Of a stretch of DNA of 64,000 nucleotides, positions 17,395 through 27,071 are shown piece by piece; position 1 is the stretch's first letter; each line of letters starts with the position of its first letter. The translations under genes and the position numbers were made by a program. Under the pieces are notes generated by a model. That model worked only from the letters and a program-made list of their open reading frames with translations. It did no database searches and was not told where the DNA came from. This stretch comes from Myxococcota bacterium (GTDB taxonomy: Bacteria > Myxococcota_A > UBA9160 > JAFDET01). The DNA is taken from assembly GCA_028278065.1 (NCBI GenBank), contig JANQFA010000038.1, positions 2,497 to 66,496 of the forward strand, written 5' to 3'.

Positions 17395-18507
17395 ATGACC
17401 ATGGCCCCCGAAGACCATTTCGCACCCGACTACGCGACTGCGCGCCGCGCCTTCCTGCGCGCCGCCGAGGACCGCGGCGCCGTGCTCGACTCGCACGGCT
17501 TGAGCGTGCGCGGAGCCCAGGGCGAGGAGCTGGCCGTGGACACGGCCTATCTGGGCCCCGAGCAGCCCGCCTGCGTCGCCGTACTGAGCAGCGGCATACA
17601 CGGCGCCGAGGGCTTCGCGGGGAGCGCCATCCAGCACCGCCTGCTCGCCCGGCAGCTCGACGGACTGGCGCTTCCACCGGACATGGGGCTCCTGCTGGTC
17701 CACGCTCTCAACCCCTTCGGCTTCTCGCATACCCGCCGCGTGAACGAGAGCAACGTCGACCTCAACCGCAACTTCCTGGCCCATCCCGAGCAGCACGTCC
17801 CCAACCCGGACTACGACTCGCTGTACGACGCCGTCAACCCGGCCTCGCTGGACGAGGAGACGGAGCAGCGGAGCAACGAGGCCATCCTCGCCTTCGCCCG
17901 ACGACACGGCTTCCCCCGCCTGCAGGAGGTCCTCTCCTGCGGTCAGTACGACCACCCCGAGGGCGTCCAGTACGGCGGCGAACGCGACGAGGCGTCGAAC
18001 CGCATCCTCCGCGAGATCGCGCGAGCGGCCACCCGCTCCGCCCGCCGGGTGGCCTGGATCGACTTCCACACCGGCCTGGGCGCCTACGGAGAGCTGGAGC
18101 TCATCATCGAGCTTCCCGCGAGCGACCCGGCCTACGCCCGCGGCCGCGCATGGTACGGCGAGGCCCAGCGCAGCACCATCGAGGGCGAATCCGTGTCGGC
18201 GGCCCTGCACGGCACCATCGAGCAGGGCGTCATGGAGATCCTCGACGACGACGTGGAGCTGACGATCCACGCCGCGGAGTTCGGCACCCACGACACCGTG
18301 CGGGTCTTCCGTGCCATGCGCGCCGACAACTGGCTCCACCACCACGGCCAGCTCGAGTCCGAGCAGGGCCGCGCCATCAAGGCCGAGCTCCTCGAGGTGT
18401 TCCGGCCCGCGGATCCCGCCTGGCGAGGGCGGATCCTGGCGACCGGCGCCGGACTCGTCGAGACGGTCGTCGGCGCCCTCGCCCGGGTCGGCGAGGAGGA
18501 GCGATGA
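17395..18507 (+). CDS. M14-like zinc carboxypeptidase/deacylase-fold protein (DUF2817-like)
   Basis: 370 aa. HxxE (GIHGAEG), NVDLNRNF and a distal His (IDFHTGLG) fit the M14 / succinylglutamate-desuccinylase-like zinc site. Confidence 0.7.
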   Translation: MTMAPEDHFAPDYATARRAFLRAAEDRGAVLDSHGLSVRGAQGEELAVDTAYLGPEQPACVAVLSSGIHGAEGFAGSAIQHRLLARQLDGLALPPDMGLLLVHALNPFGFSHTRRVNESNVDLNRNFLAHPEQHVPNPDYDSLYDAVNPASLDEETEQRSNEAILAFARRHGFPRLQEVLSCGQYDHPEGVQYGGERDEASNRILREIARAATRSARRVAWIDFHTGLGAYGELELIIELPASDPAYARGRAWYGEAQRSTIEGESVSAALHGTIEQGVMEILDDDVELTIHAAEFGTHDTVRVFRAMRADNWLHHHGQLESEQGRAIKAELLEVFRPADPAWRGRILATGAGLVETVVGALARVGEEER

Positions 18508-19643
18508 CGCCCGACGGAATCCTGATCGTCGGAGGCGGAATCGCCGGTCTGGCCACCGCGGCCGGGCTCTCACGCGCCGGAATCCCGTGCGAGATCGTCG
18601 AGCGCGCCGAGGCCTGGGCTCCCGTAGGCGCGGGAATCGTCCTCGGCGTCAACGCGATGAAGGTCCTGCGCAGCCTCGCTGCGGACGCGGCGGCCATCGC
18701 CGGCGGCACGCGGCTGGGCCGCGGCTCCATCACCGATCACGACGGCCGCCCCCTGGCCACGACCGACTTCGCCGCACTCGAGCCGGAGTTCGGCCCGACG
18801 ATCGGGCTCCACCGCGCCGCCCTGCACGACGTGCTACGGAACGTCGCCCCCGAGGTGCCCGTGTCGCTGGGCACCACGGTCGACGCGCTCGAGCCGCACG
18901 AGAAGTACGTCGAGGTGCGTCTCAGCGACGGGCGCGAAGGGCGCTACCGGCTGCTGATCGGCGCGGACGGCCTGCGCTCCCGGATCCGGCAGCTCCTCTT
19001 CGGCGACGAGCGCATCCGCTACTCCGGGTACACGTGCTGGCGCATGGTCGTCTCCTCCCCGGTCGACTCGGTCGCGATGCGCGAGATGTGGGGACGCGGG
19101 CACCGCTTCGGGGTGGTTCCCATCGGCGACGAGACCGTCTACTGCTTCGCGGTGGCGAACGCACCGCGCGGCCGCGAAGATCCGCCGGAGGAAAGACTCG
19201 AGCGATTCCGCGAGCGCTTCAGCGGATTCGGCGGCCAGGTGCCGGACCTGCTGCGAGCCCTGGCGGCACCGGGGGATCTCATCCACAACGACCTCGAGGA
19301 GGTCCGCCAGGGTCCCTGGCACGACGGGCGGGCGCTCCTGATCGGCGACGCCGCCCACGCCATGACACCCAACATGGGACAGGGCGCCGCGATGGCGCTG
19401 GAGGACGCCATGGTGCTCGTCGAGCTGATCCGGGACGGCGTTCCGGACGCCGAGGTTCCCGCGCGCCTGCACGCGCGACGCGCAACGCGGGTCCGCTGGG
19501 TCCAGGACCAGTCCCGGCGCATCGGTCGCATCGGACAGCTCGAAGGCACCCTCGCCTGCCGCCTGCGCAACACCGTCCTGCGCCTGGTTCCCGACGCCCT
19601 GAACGCGCGGGCGCTGCGAAGGATGGCGGAGGCCGACGTCTGA
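18504..19643 (+). CDS. FAD-dependent aromatic-ring-hydroxylase-type monooxygenase
   Basis: ATG 18504 overlaps the previous stop (ATGA); 379 aa. Contains GxGxxG (ILIVGGGIAGLA), GADGLRSRIR and LIGDAAHAMTPNMGQGAAMALEDA. Confidence 0.88.
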   Translation: MTPDGILIVGGGIAGLATAAGLSRAGIPCEIVERAEAWAPVGAGIVLGVNAMKVLRSLAADAAAIAGGTRLGRGSITDHDGRPLATTDFAALEPEFGPTIGLHRAALHDVLRNVAPEVPVSLGTTVDALEPHEKYVEVRLSDGREGRYRLLIGADGLRSRIRQLLFGDERIRYSGYTCWRMVVSSPVDSVAMREMWGRGHRFGVVPIGDETVYCFAVANAPRGREDPPEERLERFRERFSGFGGQVPDLLRALAAPGDLIHNDLEEVRQGPWHDGRALLIGDAAHAMTPNMGQGAAMALEDAMVLVELIRDGVPDAEVPARLHARRATRVRWVQDQSRRIGRIGQLEGTLACRLRNTVLRLVPDALNARALRRMAEADV

Positions 19644-19645
19644 TC

Positions 19646-19660
19646 GCGGGCCGGGCCCGC
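19646..19660. terminator. Short GC hairpin between convergent genes (possible bidirectional terminator)
   Basis: GCGGGC-CGG-GCCCGC, a perfect 6-bp stem, lies in the 44-nt gap between the monooxygenase stop (19643) and the HAD stop (19688). There is no U-tract. Confidence 0.3.
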
Positions 19661-19687
19661 AGCCCCGCCGGTCGCCCTCTCGGATGC

Positions 19688-20425
19688 TCAGAGCCGGGCG
19701 TCGACCAGTGCGATCAGCTCGGAGAGCCGCGAGATGACGTGATCGGGCCGGACCTCGAAGCTCTCGTCGTCCAGGTGGCTGGTACCGCCCTCCTCAGCGA
19801 GGAGCACGGTCGGCATCCCGACCGCCGCCGCTCCCTGGATGTCGTGGACCCGCGAATCCCCGACGAAGATCGTCTCGCCCGCGCTGCAGCCGGCCCGCTC
19901 CAGCGCCAGCTCGAAGATGCGCGCATCGGGCTTGCACGACTGCGCGGCCTCGGAGCTGACCCAGTGGTCGAAGAGCGGCTTCAGCTCGAGGTTGCGCAGC
20001 ATTCCATCCAGGTAGTCGTCATCGATGTTCGAGACGATCGAGAGGACCAGGCCCCGCTCCCTGAGCGCGTCCAGGGTCTCGATGCAGTCGTCGCGCAGGA
20101 CCAGCTCCTGGGTCATCGCCTTCCGCTGCGCCTCGTAGAACCACTCCACGAACTCGTCGGAGGCGACGCGGTCGAGCATCGCCGCGAAGGCCCGGTAGGT
20201 GTCGTGGAAGTGGTCGCGATGCAGGTAGTAGGAACGGCGCATGTAGACCTCGTTCACCTGACGCGAAGCCTGGAGGAAGGCCAGCCCGACCTCCCCGAAC
20301 CCCTTCTCCACCCCGAGGCGGCGTGCCGCCTCGGCGAGCGCCGGGGCATTCACGCGAGGGATATCGCGATTGCTGAACAAGGTGCCGCCCAGATCGAAGA
20401 ACACTGCACGAAGCCGACGGGTCAT
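19688..20425 (-). CDS. HAD-superfamily (subfamily IA-like) hydrolase
   Basis: 245 aa. Motif I is AVFFDLGGTLF and the distal motif is FVGDSRVHDIQGA. Confidence 0.85.
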   Translation of the reverse strand: MTRRLRAVFFDLGGTLFSNRDIPRVNAPALAEAARRLGVEKGFGEVGLAFLQASRQVNEVYMRRSYYLHRDHFHDTYRAFAAMLDRVASDEFVEWFYEAQRKAMTQELVLRDDCIETLDALRERGLVLSIVSNIDDDYLDGMLRNLELKPLFDHWVSSEAAQSCKPDARIFELALERAGCSAGETIFVGDSRVHDIQGAAAVGMPTVLLAEEGGTSHLDDESFEVRPDHVISRLSELIALVDARL

Positions 20426-20463
20426 CGTCTCGGAGTCTAGCCCGACAGACGCCTCGGGTGACG

Positions 20464-20700
20464 CTATCCCGTCGACGGACCCGGCTCGCCTCCGCCGCCC
20501 CGGGTCGTCGAGTCCGCGCGGCGACCCACCGCATCTCGCCGGTACTCGCAGGTGACACAGCGGCGCATGCCGTCGCGCATGCGCTCGTTGACGGCCCGCT
20601 GCTCGGCGAGCTCGGCGCGCGTGGCCGCCAGCTCGCTGCGCAACGCGGCGAGGAGCTGCTCCCGACGCAGGAGCTCACGCACCCGGGACACGGCGCTCAT
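20464..20700 (-). CDS. Small hypothetical coiled-coil protein (weak call)
   Basis: 78 aa from ATG 20698-20700 with GGAGG upstream (MSAVSRVRELLRREQLLAALRSELAATRAELAEQR...). No homology recognised, and it could be non-coding. Confidence 0.3.
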   Translation of the reverse strand: MSAVSRVRELLRREQLLAALRSELAATRAELAEQRAVNERMRDGMRRCVTCEYRRDAVGRRADSTTRGGGGEPGPSTG

Positions 20701-20942
20701 TCGCGCCTCCCCTCCCTGGACGGCACGGTCACCTCCTTCGACGCCGACGGGGCAGGCGACCGCGCCGTGGGCTAGCTTTGCGCAGCCGCCGGATCCAGGG
20801 CGCCCACGCCCATGCGGGGTCATGGCTCCGCGGATCCGCGCATGGAAAGAGGCCGAGGATACCACGTGGCTGCGAGCCGTCGCGCGGCCCGCAGCCGGCT
20901 GCGCGACGATCGCTGCGCCCGCACCCAGGATAGAGGAACACC

Positions 20943-21779
20943 GTGAGCAGTCTGAAGGGAAAGATCGCCGTCGTGACCGGCGCCAGCCGGGGAATCGGAA
21001 AGGGAATCGCGCTGGAGCTCGGTGCCGCGGGAGCGACGGTCTACGTGACGGGAAGGACGCTCGAAGAGGGCACCTCTCCCCTCCCCGGGACCGTCGGCGC
21101 CACCGCCGAGGAGGTCACCGGGCTCGGAGGCCAGGGTATCCCCGTTCGCTGCGATCACGCCGTGGACGAGGAGATCATCGCCCTCTTCAAGCGGATCCGG
21201 GCAGAGCAGGGACGCATCGACATCCTCGTGAACAATGCCTTCACCGCACCCGAAGGCAACATCCTCGAGGGAGGCGGCTTCTGGGAGTATCCGATCTCCG
21301 TCTGGGACGACATCATCCACGTCGGCTGTCGCTCGCACTACGTGGCCAGCCACGAGGCCGTCCCGATGATGCTCGAGCAGAAGGACGGCCTGATCGTGAA
21401 CATCTCGTCCTTCGCCGGCGCCGCCTACGCCTTCAACCTCGCATACGGCGTCGGCAAGGCCGCCGTGGACCGCATGATGAGGGACATGGCGCACGAGCTG
21501 CGCGATTACAACGTGACCTGCATCTCGCTCTATCCCGGCTGGGTGAAGACCGAGAACCTGCTTCAGCGCGCCGCCGAGGGGAAGGTCCCCGCCCCCATCG
21601 AGAAGGGCGAGTCGCCGCGCTTCAGCGGCAGGGCGGTCGTGGCCATCGCCACGGATCCGAAGCGCTTCGAGCGCAGCGGGCAGGTCCTCGTGGTGAACGA
21701 GCTCGGGCGCGAGTACGGCTTCACCGACGTCGACGGCAGCCAGCCCGGCTCACTGCCCGAGCAGATGGGACTCATCTAG
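20943..21779 (+). CDS. Short-chain dehydrogenase/reductase (SDR)
   Basis: 278 aa with a GTG start. Contains TGASRGIGKG, NNA and catalytic YGVGK. Confidence 0.88.
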   Translation: MSSLKGKIAVVTGASRGIGKGIALELGAAGATVYVTGRTLEEGTSPLPGTVGATAEEVTGLGGQGIPVRCDHAVDEEIIALFKRIRAEQGRIDILVNNAFTAPEGNILEGGGFWEYPISVWDDIIHVGCRSHYVASHEAVPMMLEQKDGLIVNISSFAGAAYAFNLAYGVGKAAVDRMMRDMAHELRDYNVTCISLYPGWVKTENLLQRAAEGKVPAPIEKGESPRFSGRAVVAIATDPKRFERSGQVLVVNELGREYGFTDVDGSQPGSLPEQMGLI

Positions 21780-21803
21780 CGGGCCGTCTCCTCCGGAATC
21801 CGC

Positions 21804-24218
21804 ATGCTCTCTCCCTACCGCGTCCTGGATCTGACAGACGAGGCGGGCCTGCTGTGCGGTCAGATCCTCGCCGACCTCGGGGCCGACGTGATCCAGATCG
21901 AGCCGCCCGAGGGCTCCCCGGCGCGCCGGATCGGCCCCCATCGAGACGGCTGCGAGGGACCCGAGGCGTCGCTGTTCTGGGCCGCCTACACGCGCAACAA
22001 GCGCAGCCTGGCCCTCGACCTGGACCTCGAGCGCGATCGGGAGGTCCTGCTTCGGCTCGTGGCCGGAGCCGATTTCCTGATCGAATCCGGGCGCCCGGGC
22101 TGGCTGGCGGAACTGGACCTCGGATACGAGGAGCTCGCGCGCATCCAGCCGGGGCTCGTCTACGTCTCGATCAGCCCCTTCGGCCAGACCGGTCCCAAGG
22201 CGCGCTGGCGCGCCAGCGATCTCACCCAGGTCGCCGCCGCCGGCTTCGCCCAGCTCTCGGGAGATGCAGAAGAGGCGCCTACACGGATCAGCGTTCCCCA
22301 GGCCCATGCGCACGCGGGAGCCGACGCAGCGGTCGGCGCCCTGATCGCCCACATGGAGCGACGGCGCAGCGGTCGCGGCCAGCACGTCGACATCTCCATG
22401 CAGCAGTCCATGACCCTCGCGAACATGTTCCGCACCCTGGACGCCGCGGTCGGCATGCCCCCCGCCCGAAGGACGGCCGGCGGGCTGCAGGCCGGGAGGG
22501 TCGTGATCCCCGTCCGCCACCGTACGCGCGACGGCTGGGTGACGCTGGGACCGTCCGTGATGCCCTCCACGGGGCACTTCATGCAGCGACTCCTGAGCTG
22601 GGTGGCGGAAGAGGGCTTCTGCGATGCGGCGCTGGCCGAGCAGGACTGGGGCGCGTTCGGCGTGCGCCTGGGTTCCGGCGAGCTGCCTCCGGACTCCTAC
22701 GAGCCCGTGAAGCGCGCGCTCGACGCGTTCTTCGCGACCCGGACCCACTCCGAAGTGCTGAAGGCGGCGATCGAGCGCAGGCTGCTCGTCGCCCCGGTCT
22801 TCGGCGTCGACGAGATCGTGGAGAGCGAGCAGCTCGCGGCGCGGGACTTCGCCGTCGCTCGGGAGAACGCTCCGACCGACCGATTTCCGGGCCCCTTCGC
22901 GAAGTTCAGCCGGACCCCCCTCGCGTACCGGCGACCGCCGCCCCGACTCGACGAGCACGGTGCGGAGCTGCGACGGGAAGCTCGCCGCGAGCCCGCATCG
23001 GCGCCCCGCCGCGGGAGACGCTCGCCCTCGCGAGGCGAGCTCCCTCTCGCCGGAGTGAAGATCCTGGACCTCTTCTGGGTGATCGCGGGCCCGGCCGCCA
23101 CCCGGATGCTCGCCGACTACGGCGCCACCGTCGTTCGCGTGGAATCGTCTACGAACCTGGACACCCTGCGGGTCAGCCCGCCCTGGGTATTCGGCCGCCC
23201 CGACGCCGAGGGAGCCGCGTGCTTCCAGTCCGCCAACGCGAACAAGCTCGGCATCACGCTCGATCTGCGCAGCGAGGAAGGACGCGCCGTCGTGCTGGAC
23301 CTGGTCCGCTGGGCCGACGTCGTGAGCGAGTCGTTCGCCCCCGGAGTCATGGAGAGGTGGGGACTGGGCTATCCGAAGCTGCGCCAGGTCAGGCCCGAGC
23401 TGATCATGATCTCGAGCTGCATCATGGGGCAGACCGGCCCGTGGCGCGGATTCACCGGCTTCGGCCGTCTGGCCGCAAGCCTGGCCGGCTTCCAGTCCCT
23501 CGCGAGCTGGCCCGGGAGGCCGCCGGCCGGACCCTTCGGCGCCTACACCGACGCCATCGCGGCCCGCTACAACGCGCTGGCGATCCTCGCCGCACTCGAG
23601 CACCGCGCCCGCACCGGCGAGGGGCAGTACATCGATCAGTCGCAGACCGAAGCGGCCCTGCACTTCCTGGCGCCCGCCTTCCTGGATTGGACGATCAACG
23701 GGCACGTGGCCGAGGCTGCCGGAAATGCCGACGAGCGCTGCTTCCCCCACGGCATCTACCCGACGGCGGACGAGGACGGCTGGGTGGCGATCGCGATCGA
23801 GCGCGACGAGGAGTGGCGCTCGCTCTGCGAGGCCATGGGACGACCGGACCCGACCGCGAGGCGGGATGCGCGGGCAGAGGTGGACGCCGCGCTGTCGGAG
23901 TGGACCCGCACGCGCCCGACGGTCGAGGCCGAGGCCGAGCTCCAGGCTCGCGACATCCCCGCCCACGCGGCGCTGGACACCCCCGGGCTCTTCTCGGACC
24001 CGCAGCTCCGCCATCGCGGGCATTTCATCCACGTCGACGACCCCGCCCGTCCCGGCATGGTGATCGAGAGCTCCCGGCTTCGGCTCTCGGCCTCACCGGC
24101 CCGCACACCCGAGCGCGTGCTCACCCTGGGGCGCGACAACCGCGCGGTGCTCGAGGACCTGCTCGGCTATCCGCCGGAGCGAATCGCCGAGCTGGAAGAA
24201 CGGGGTGTCCTGCGCTGA
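21804..24218 (+). CDS. Fused double-domain family III (CaiB/BaiF-type) CoA-transferase
   Basis: 804 aa. There are two complete modules, each opening with the family signature (YRVLDLTDEAGLLCGQILADLGADVIQIEPP and LAGVKILDLFWVIAGPAATRMLADYGATVVRVES). Confidence 0.9.
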   Translation: MLSPYRVLDLTDEAGLLCGQILADLGADVIQIEPPEGSPARRIGPHRDGCEGPEASLFWAAYTRNKRSLALDLDLERDREVLLRLVAGADFLIESGRPGWLAELDLGYEELARIQPGLVYVSISPFGQTGPKARWRASDLTQVAAAGFAQLSGDAEEAPTRISVPQAHAHAGADAAVGALIAHMERRRSGRGQHVDISMQQSMTLANMFRTLDAAVGMPPARRTAGGLQAGRVVIPVRHRTRDGWVTLGPSVMPSTGHFMQRLLSWVAEEGFCDAALAEQDWGAFGVRLGSGELPPDSYEPVKRALDAFFATRTHSEVLKAAIERRLLVAPVFGVDEIVESEQLAARDFAVARENAPTDRFPGPFAKFSRTPLAYRRPPPRLDEHGAELRREARREPASAPRRGRRSPSRGELPLAGVKILDLFWVIAGPAATRMLADYGATVVRVESSTNLDTLRVSPPWVFGRPDAEGAACFQSANANKLGITLDLRSEEGRAVVLDLVRWADVVSESFAPGVMERWGLGYPKLRQVRPELIMISSCIMGQTGPWRGFTGFGRLAASLAGFQSLASWPGRPPAGPFGAYTDAIAARYNALAILAALEHRARTGEGQYIDQSQTEAALHFLAPAFLDWTINGHVAEAAGNADERCFPHGIYPTADEDGWVAIAIERDEEWRSLCEAMGRPDPTARRDARAEVDAALSEWTRTRPTVEAEAELQARDIPAHAALDTPGLFSDPQLRHRGHFIHVDDPARPGMVIESSRLRLSASPARTPERVLTLGRDNRAVLEDLLGYPPERIAELEERGVLR

Positions 24219-24240
24219 ACCGACGGCTCAGCGCTTCGGA

Positions 24241-24651
24241 TCAGGCGGGCTGCTCGAACTCCATCACGCCCATGTGCCAGTAGCCGCGCAGGTTCGTGAT
24301 CTTGCCGTCCTCGTTCGTCCGGTAGGTGAAGATCCCCCGCACCTTCGTCTTCACCCCGTTCGACAGGGTCGTGTCGAGCGTCATGACGTGAGCCGATTCG
24401 TGCGCCTCGGCGACGTAGGACTCGTGGGTCGTGATCACGATCTTCGAAGGACCGATGTGCGTGTCGTAGAACTCGCCCACCGCCTTCTTGCCCTGGACGC
24501 CCTTGCCCGTCGGGTTCGTGGGGGCGAGTCCGATCGGATCCTCCATGCACACGTCTTCCGCCATCAGAGCCAGCCAGCCCTCCCGGTCGCCGCTCTGCAC
24601 GCAACGCCAGGAGTTCCGCGCCGCCACCATCGCCGGGTTCTCATCGCTCAT
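24241..24651 (-). CDS. NTF2-like (SnoaL/ketosteroid-isomerase-like) protein
   Basis: 136 aa from ATG 24649-24651 with GGAGGGAGG upstream. It has the size and pattern of an alpha+beta cone (WRCVQSGDREGWLALMAEDVCMEDP...). It is the last gene of the TetR-headed string. Confidence 0.8.
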   Translation of the reverse strand: MSDENPAMVAARNSWRCVQSGDREGWLALMAEDVCMEDPIGLAPTNPTGKGVQGKKAVGEFYDTHIGPSKIVITTHESYVAEAHESAHVMTLDTTLSNGVKTKVRGIFTYRTNEDGKITNLRGYWHMGVMEFEQPA

Positions 24652-24716
24652 GGGTGCGCCTCCCTCCGCCGATCCACGCGATCGGGAGGCCCAGTCTACC
24701 AGAGCGGGCCCCGGCC

Positions 24717-25586
24717 TCAGCCCTTCGACGGCGGCGCACCCGAGCCCTTCTTCTTGGGAGGCAGCAGACCCGCCGGATTGACCGGGATCTTGTGGACCTG
24801 GACGTTGTGACTGTGGCAGAGCTGATGCAGGCTGAAGGCCGCCTCCATGGCCTGCCACTGTCCCTGGGCGTCCTGGCTCTGGTTGACCGCCTGCTTCGAC
24901 ATCTTGAGCGCGAAGAGCGGCCTCGCCGCGATCCTCTCGGCCAGCTCGAGGACACGCGCCTGGAGCTCGTCCCGCGGGACGACGTGGTTCACCATGCCGA
25001 GCCGATGCGCGTCGTGCGCCGTGATCGCCTCCCCGGTGAACAGCATCTCCTTGGCCTTGCGGGCTCCGACCTCCCAGGGGTGTCCGAAGTACTCGACCCC
25101 GGAGATGCCGAGGTCGACCACGGGATCGCTGAAGGTGGCATCCTCGCTGGCGACGATCAGGTCGCACACCCAGGCGATCGCCAGCCCTCCGGCGATGCAC
25201 TTGCCCTGGACCGCCGCGATGGTCGGCTTGGGGATGTCGCGCCAGCGCCGGTACATGCGCAGGTAGATCTCGGACTCCCGCGAGATCAGGCCCTCGGCAC
25301 CGGGCTCCTGGAAGCCGCGCCACATGCCCACCACCGGGAAGTCCTCGACCTGCTTTCCATGGTCGCCCCGCAGGTCGTGGCCCGAGGAGAAGTGGGGATC
25401 CCCGCCGGCGACCACGATCACCTTGACCTGATCGTCGTCGGCGGCCCGCTGCAGGGCGGCATCCAGCTCGTACGTCATCTGCAGGTTCTGGGCGTTGCGC
25501 GCGTCGGGCCGGTCCATGACGACCCGCGCGACGCCGGGCGCCGGGGATTCGTAGCGTACGGTTTCGTAGTCGTTCTCTTCGAGCAT
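24717..25586 (-). CDS. Enoyl-CoA hydratase/isomerase (crotonase) family protein
   Basis: 289 aa from ATG 25584-25586 with GGAGGA 5 nt upstream. An alternative ATG at 25619 overlaps the oxygenase stop as ATGA. Crotonase blocks are VIVVAGGDPHFSSGHDL and AAVQGKCIAGGLAIAWVCDLIVAS. Confidence 0.88.
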   Translation of the reverse strand: MLEENDYETVRYESPAPGVARVVMDRPDARNAQNLQMTYELDAALQRAADDDQVKVIVVAGGDPHFSSGHDLRGDHGKQVEDFPVVGMWRGFQEPGAEGLISRESEIYLRMYRRWRDIPKPTIAAVQGKCIAGGLAIAWVCDLIVASEDATFSDPVVDLGISGVEYFGHPWEVGARKAKEMLFTGEAITAHDAHRLGMVNHVVPRDELQARVLELAERIAARPLFALKMSKQAVNQSQDAQGQWQAMEAAFSLHQLCHSHNVQVHKIPVNPAGLLPPKKKGSGAPPSKG

Positions 25587-25615
25587 GTCTTCCTCCAGAT
25601 CCCCTCGCGGCCGAC

Positions 25616-27028
25616 TCATTCCCCAGCGGGCCGCCAGCTCCCGTGGAAGCCGAAGGGGATGCGGTGGGGCATCTTGATCACCGCAGCCGGAGCGCCCTCG
25701 AAGTCCTGGGTGTCGATCACCAGGAGATCGCTGCGGTGCTCGCTCCGGCGGTACACGAGCGAGAGCACGTAGCCGTCGCCTTCCGCCGCATCCGGAGCGC
25801 GGGGAATGAAGCAGGGCTCGCCTGCGACATCGCCCGCCCCCAGACGGTGGACTTCGCGTCGATCCAGCTCCAGGTCGTAGTGGAAAAGGCTGTTGAAGCC
25901 CTCTGGCTGGCCCTTCATGTTGCGGTAGTCGACGCTTCCGAGCGTGAATGCGTGGCGGTAGGACTTCCCTACGTGGCGCGGATCGACACAGCCGAACTCG
26001 GCCGGCGCGTCGTCGAGCTGCTGCTCCGTCAACCCGCCGCCCGCCAGGTCCACCGTCCAGCGCCGCAACGTGGGGGGACGGGTCTCCGGACCCTCGGCGA
26101 GCGGGCCGTGGGGAAAGATGAAGAGGTCCGCGATCACCGTCTCGCCCCGGGTCTGGGCGTTCACCGTGTGGAAGGAGTAGCAGCCCTCGTGCTCGAACCA
26201 GAGCATGTCGTCGACCCTGCCGTCCCGGGGCAGCACACCGAGACGAGTGCCGCGCTCGGGCTGCCAGACGAGCGGGAGGCCCGCGCCGGAAGTCGCCTCG
26301 AAATCGAACACCGCCGGGAAGATCGGGAAGAGCGCATGCTCGGCGGAGACCAGGAAGTCGTGCATCATGCTCGGGAACGGAGCCTCGAGCTCGAAGCTGC
26401 GCGTGAGTCGACCCTCCCGATCGACCGTGTGGTACACGAGCCAGGGTGCGACGGGGCTGTACCCGAAGCCGATCCACTCCCCTGTGTCCGGATCGATCTT
26501 CGGGTGCGCGGTCATGACGTCCGGGTTGCGCTGGTCGGCGCGCACCCGATAGAAGTCACCGTCGTAGTCGTGGATGCCGCGGGTCTCGAGGGTGATGGGG
26601 TCCAGCTCGTGAGGAGGCCCCGCCTCCCAGAGCGACAGCAGCCTGCCGGCGTGCCAGATGACGTGGGTATTGGACGCGTTCGGGCTGACGCCCTCCGCGC
26701 GCGGGTCCGGAGACCCCTTCGGACCGATTCCACCGAAGATCGCCGCTCCGTACTTCCGCTGGGCGGCGAAGCGCGCCGTGCGCACCCAGCGATTCAGGTA
26801 GCTGCAGCGCCCGCCCTCGAAGTGGAAGGCGTGGATCATGCCGTCGCCGAAGAACCAGTGGTAGTTGGGCCCCGGCGGATAGGGAGGATTGGAGCCGTTG
26901 CGGTAGTAGCTTCCTCGCAGCGACTCGGGGATCTCCCCCTCCACCCTGAGGTCCGGGATGTCCTCCTCCTCCAGCCAGGGGGCGAAGTTGCCCTCGGCGA
27001 ACGGGTTCGAAGGAAAGGGATCGCTCAT
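25616..27028 (-). CDS. Carotenoid-cleavage / lignostilbene-type dioxygenase family protein
   Basis: 470 aa. The N-terminus NFAPWLEEEDIPDLRVEGEIPESLRGSYYRNGSNP...FGDGMIHAFHF and further conserved His-containing blocks (VMTAHPKID, MMHDFLVS, CYSFHTVNA) are typical of the seven-bladed propeller CCO family. Confidence 0.92.
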   Translation of the reverse strand: MSDPFPSNPFAEGNFAPWLEEEDIPDLRVEGEIPESLRGSYYRNGSNPPYPPGPNYHWFFGDGMIHAFHFEGGRCSYLNRWVRTARFAAQRKYGAAIFGGIGPKGSPDPRAEGVSPNASNTHVIWHAGRLLSLWEAGPPHELDPITLETRGIHDYDGDFYRVRADQRNPDVMTAHPKIDPDTGEWIGFGYSPVAPWLVYHTVDREGRLTRSFELEAPFPSMMHDFLVSAEHALFPIFPAVFDFEATSGAGLPLVWQPERGTRLGVLPRDGRVDDMLWFEHEGCYSFHTVNAQTRGETVIADLFIFPHGPLAEGPETRPPTLRRWTVDLAGGGLTEQQLDDAPAEFGCVDPRHVGKSYRHAFTLGSVDYRNMKGQPEGFNSLFHYDLELDRREVHRLGAGDVAGEPCFIPRAPDAAEGDGYVLSLVYRRSEHRSDLLVIDTQDFEGAPAAVIKMPHRIPFGFHGSWRPAGE

Positions 27029-27071
27029 CGGCCTGCTCCCTCGGTCGGCTCTCGGTGATCGGAGGCGTGCG

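Noticed and set aside
20552-24283. 1243-aa + strand ORF spanning the SDR and CoA-transferase genes in another frame.
   Set aside because: It is an extremely Arg/Pro/Gly-rich, low-complexity translation. The overlapping frames at 20943-21779 and 21804-24218 give canonical SDR and family III CoA-transferase proteins.
25587-25619. An alternative enoyl-CoA hydratase start at ATG 25617-25619, overlapping the oxygenase stop as ATGA.
   Set aside because: This is not firmly rejected. ATG 25586 has a much better SD (GGAGGA, 5-nt spacing) and gives a typical crotonase N-terminus. The longer form only adds MSRPRGDLEED.
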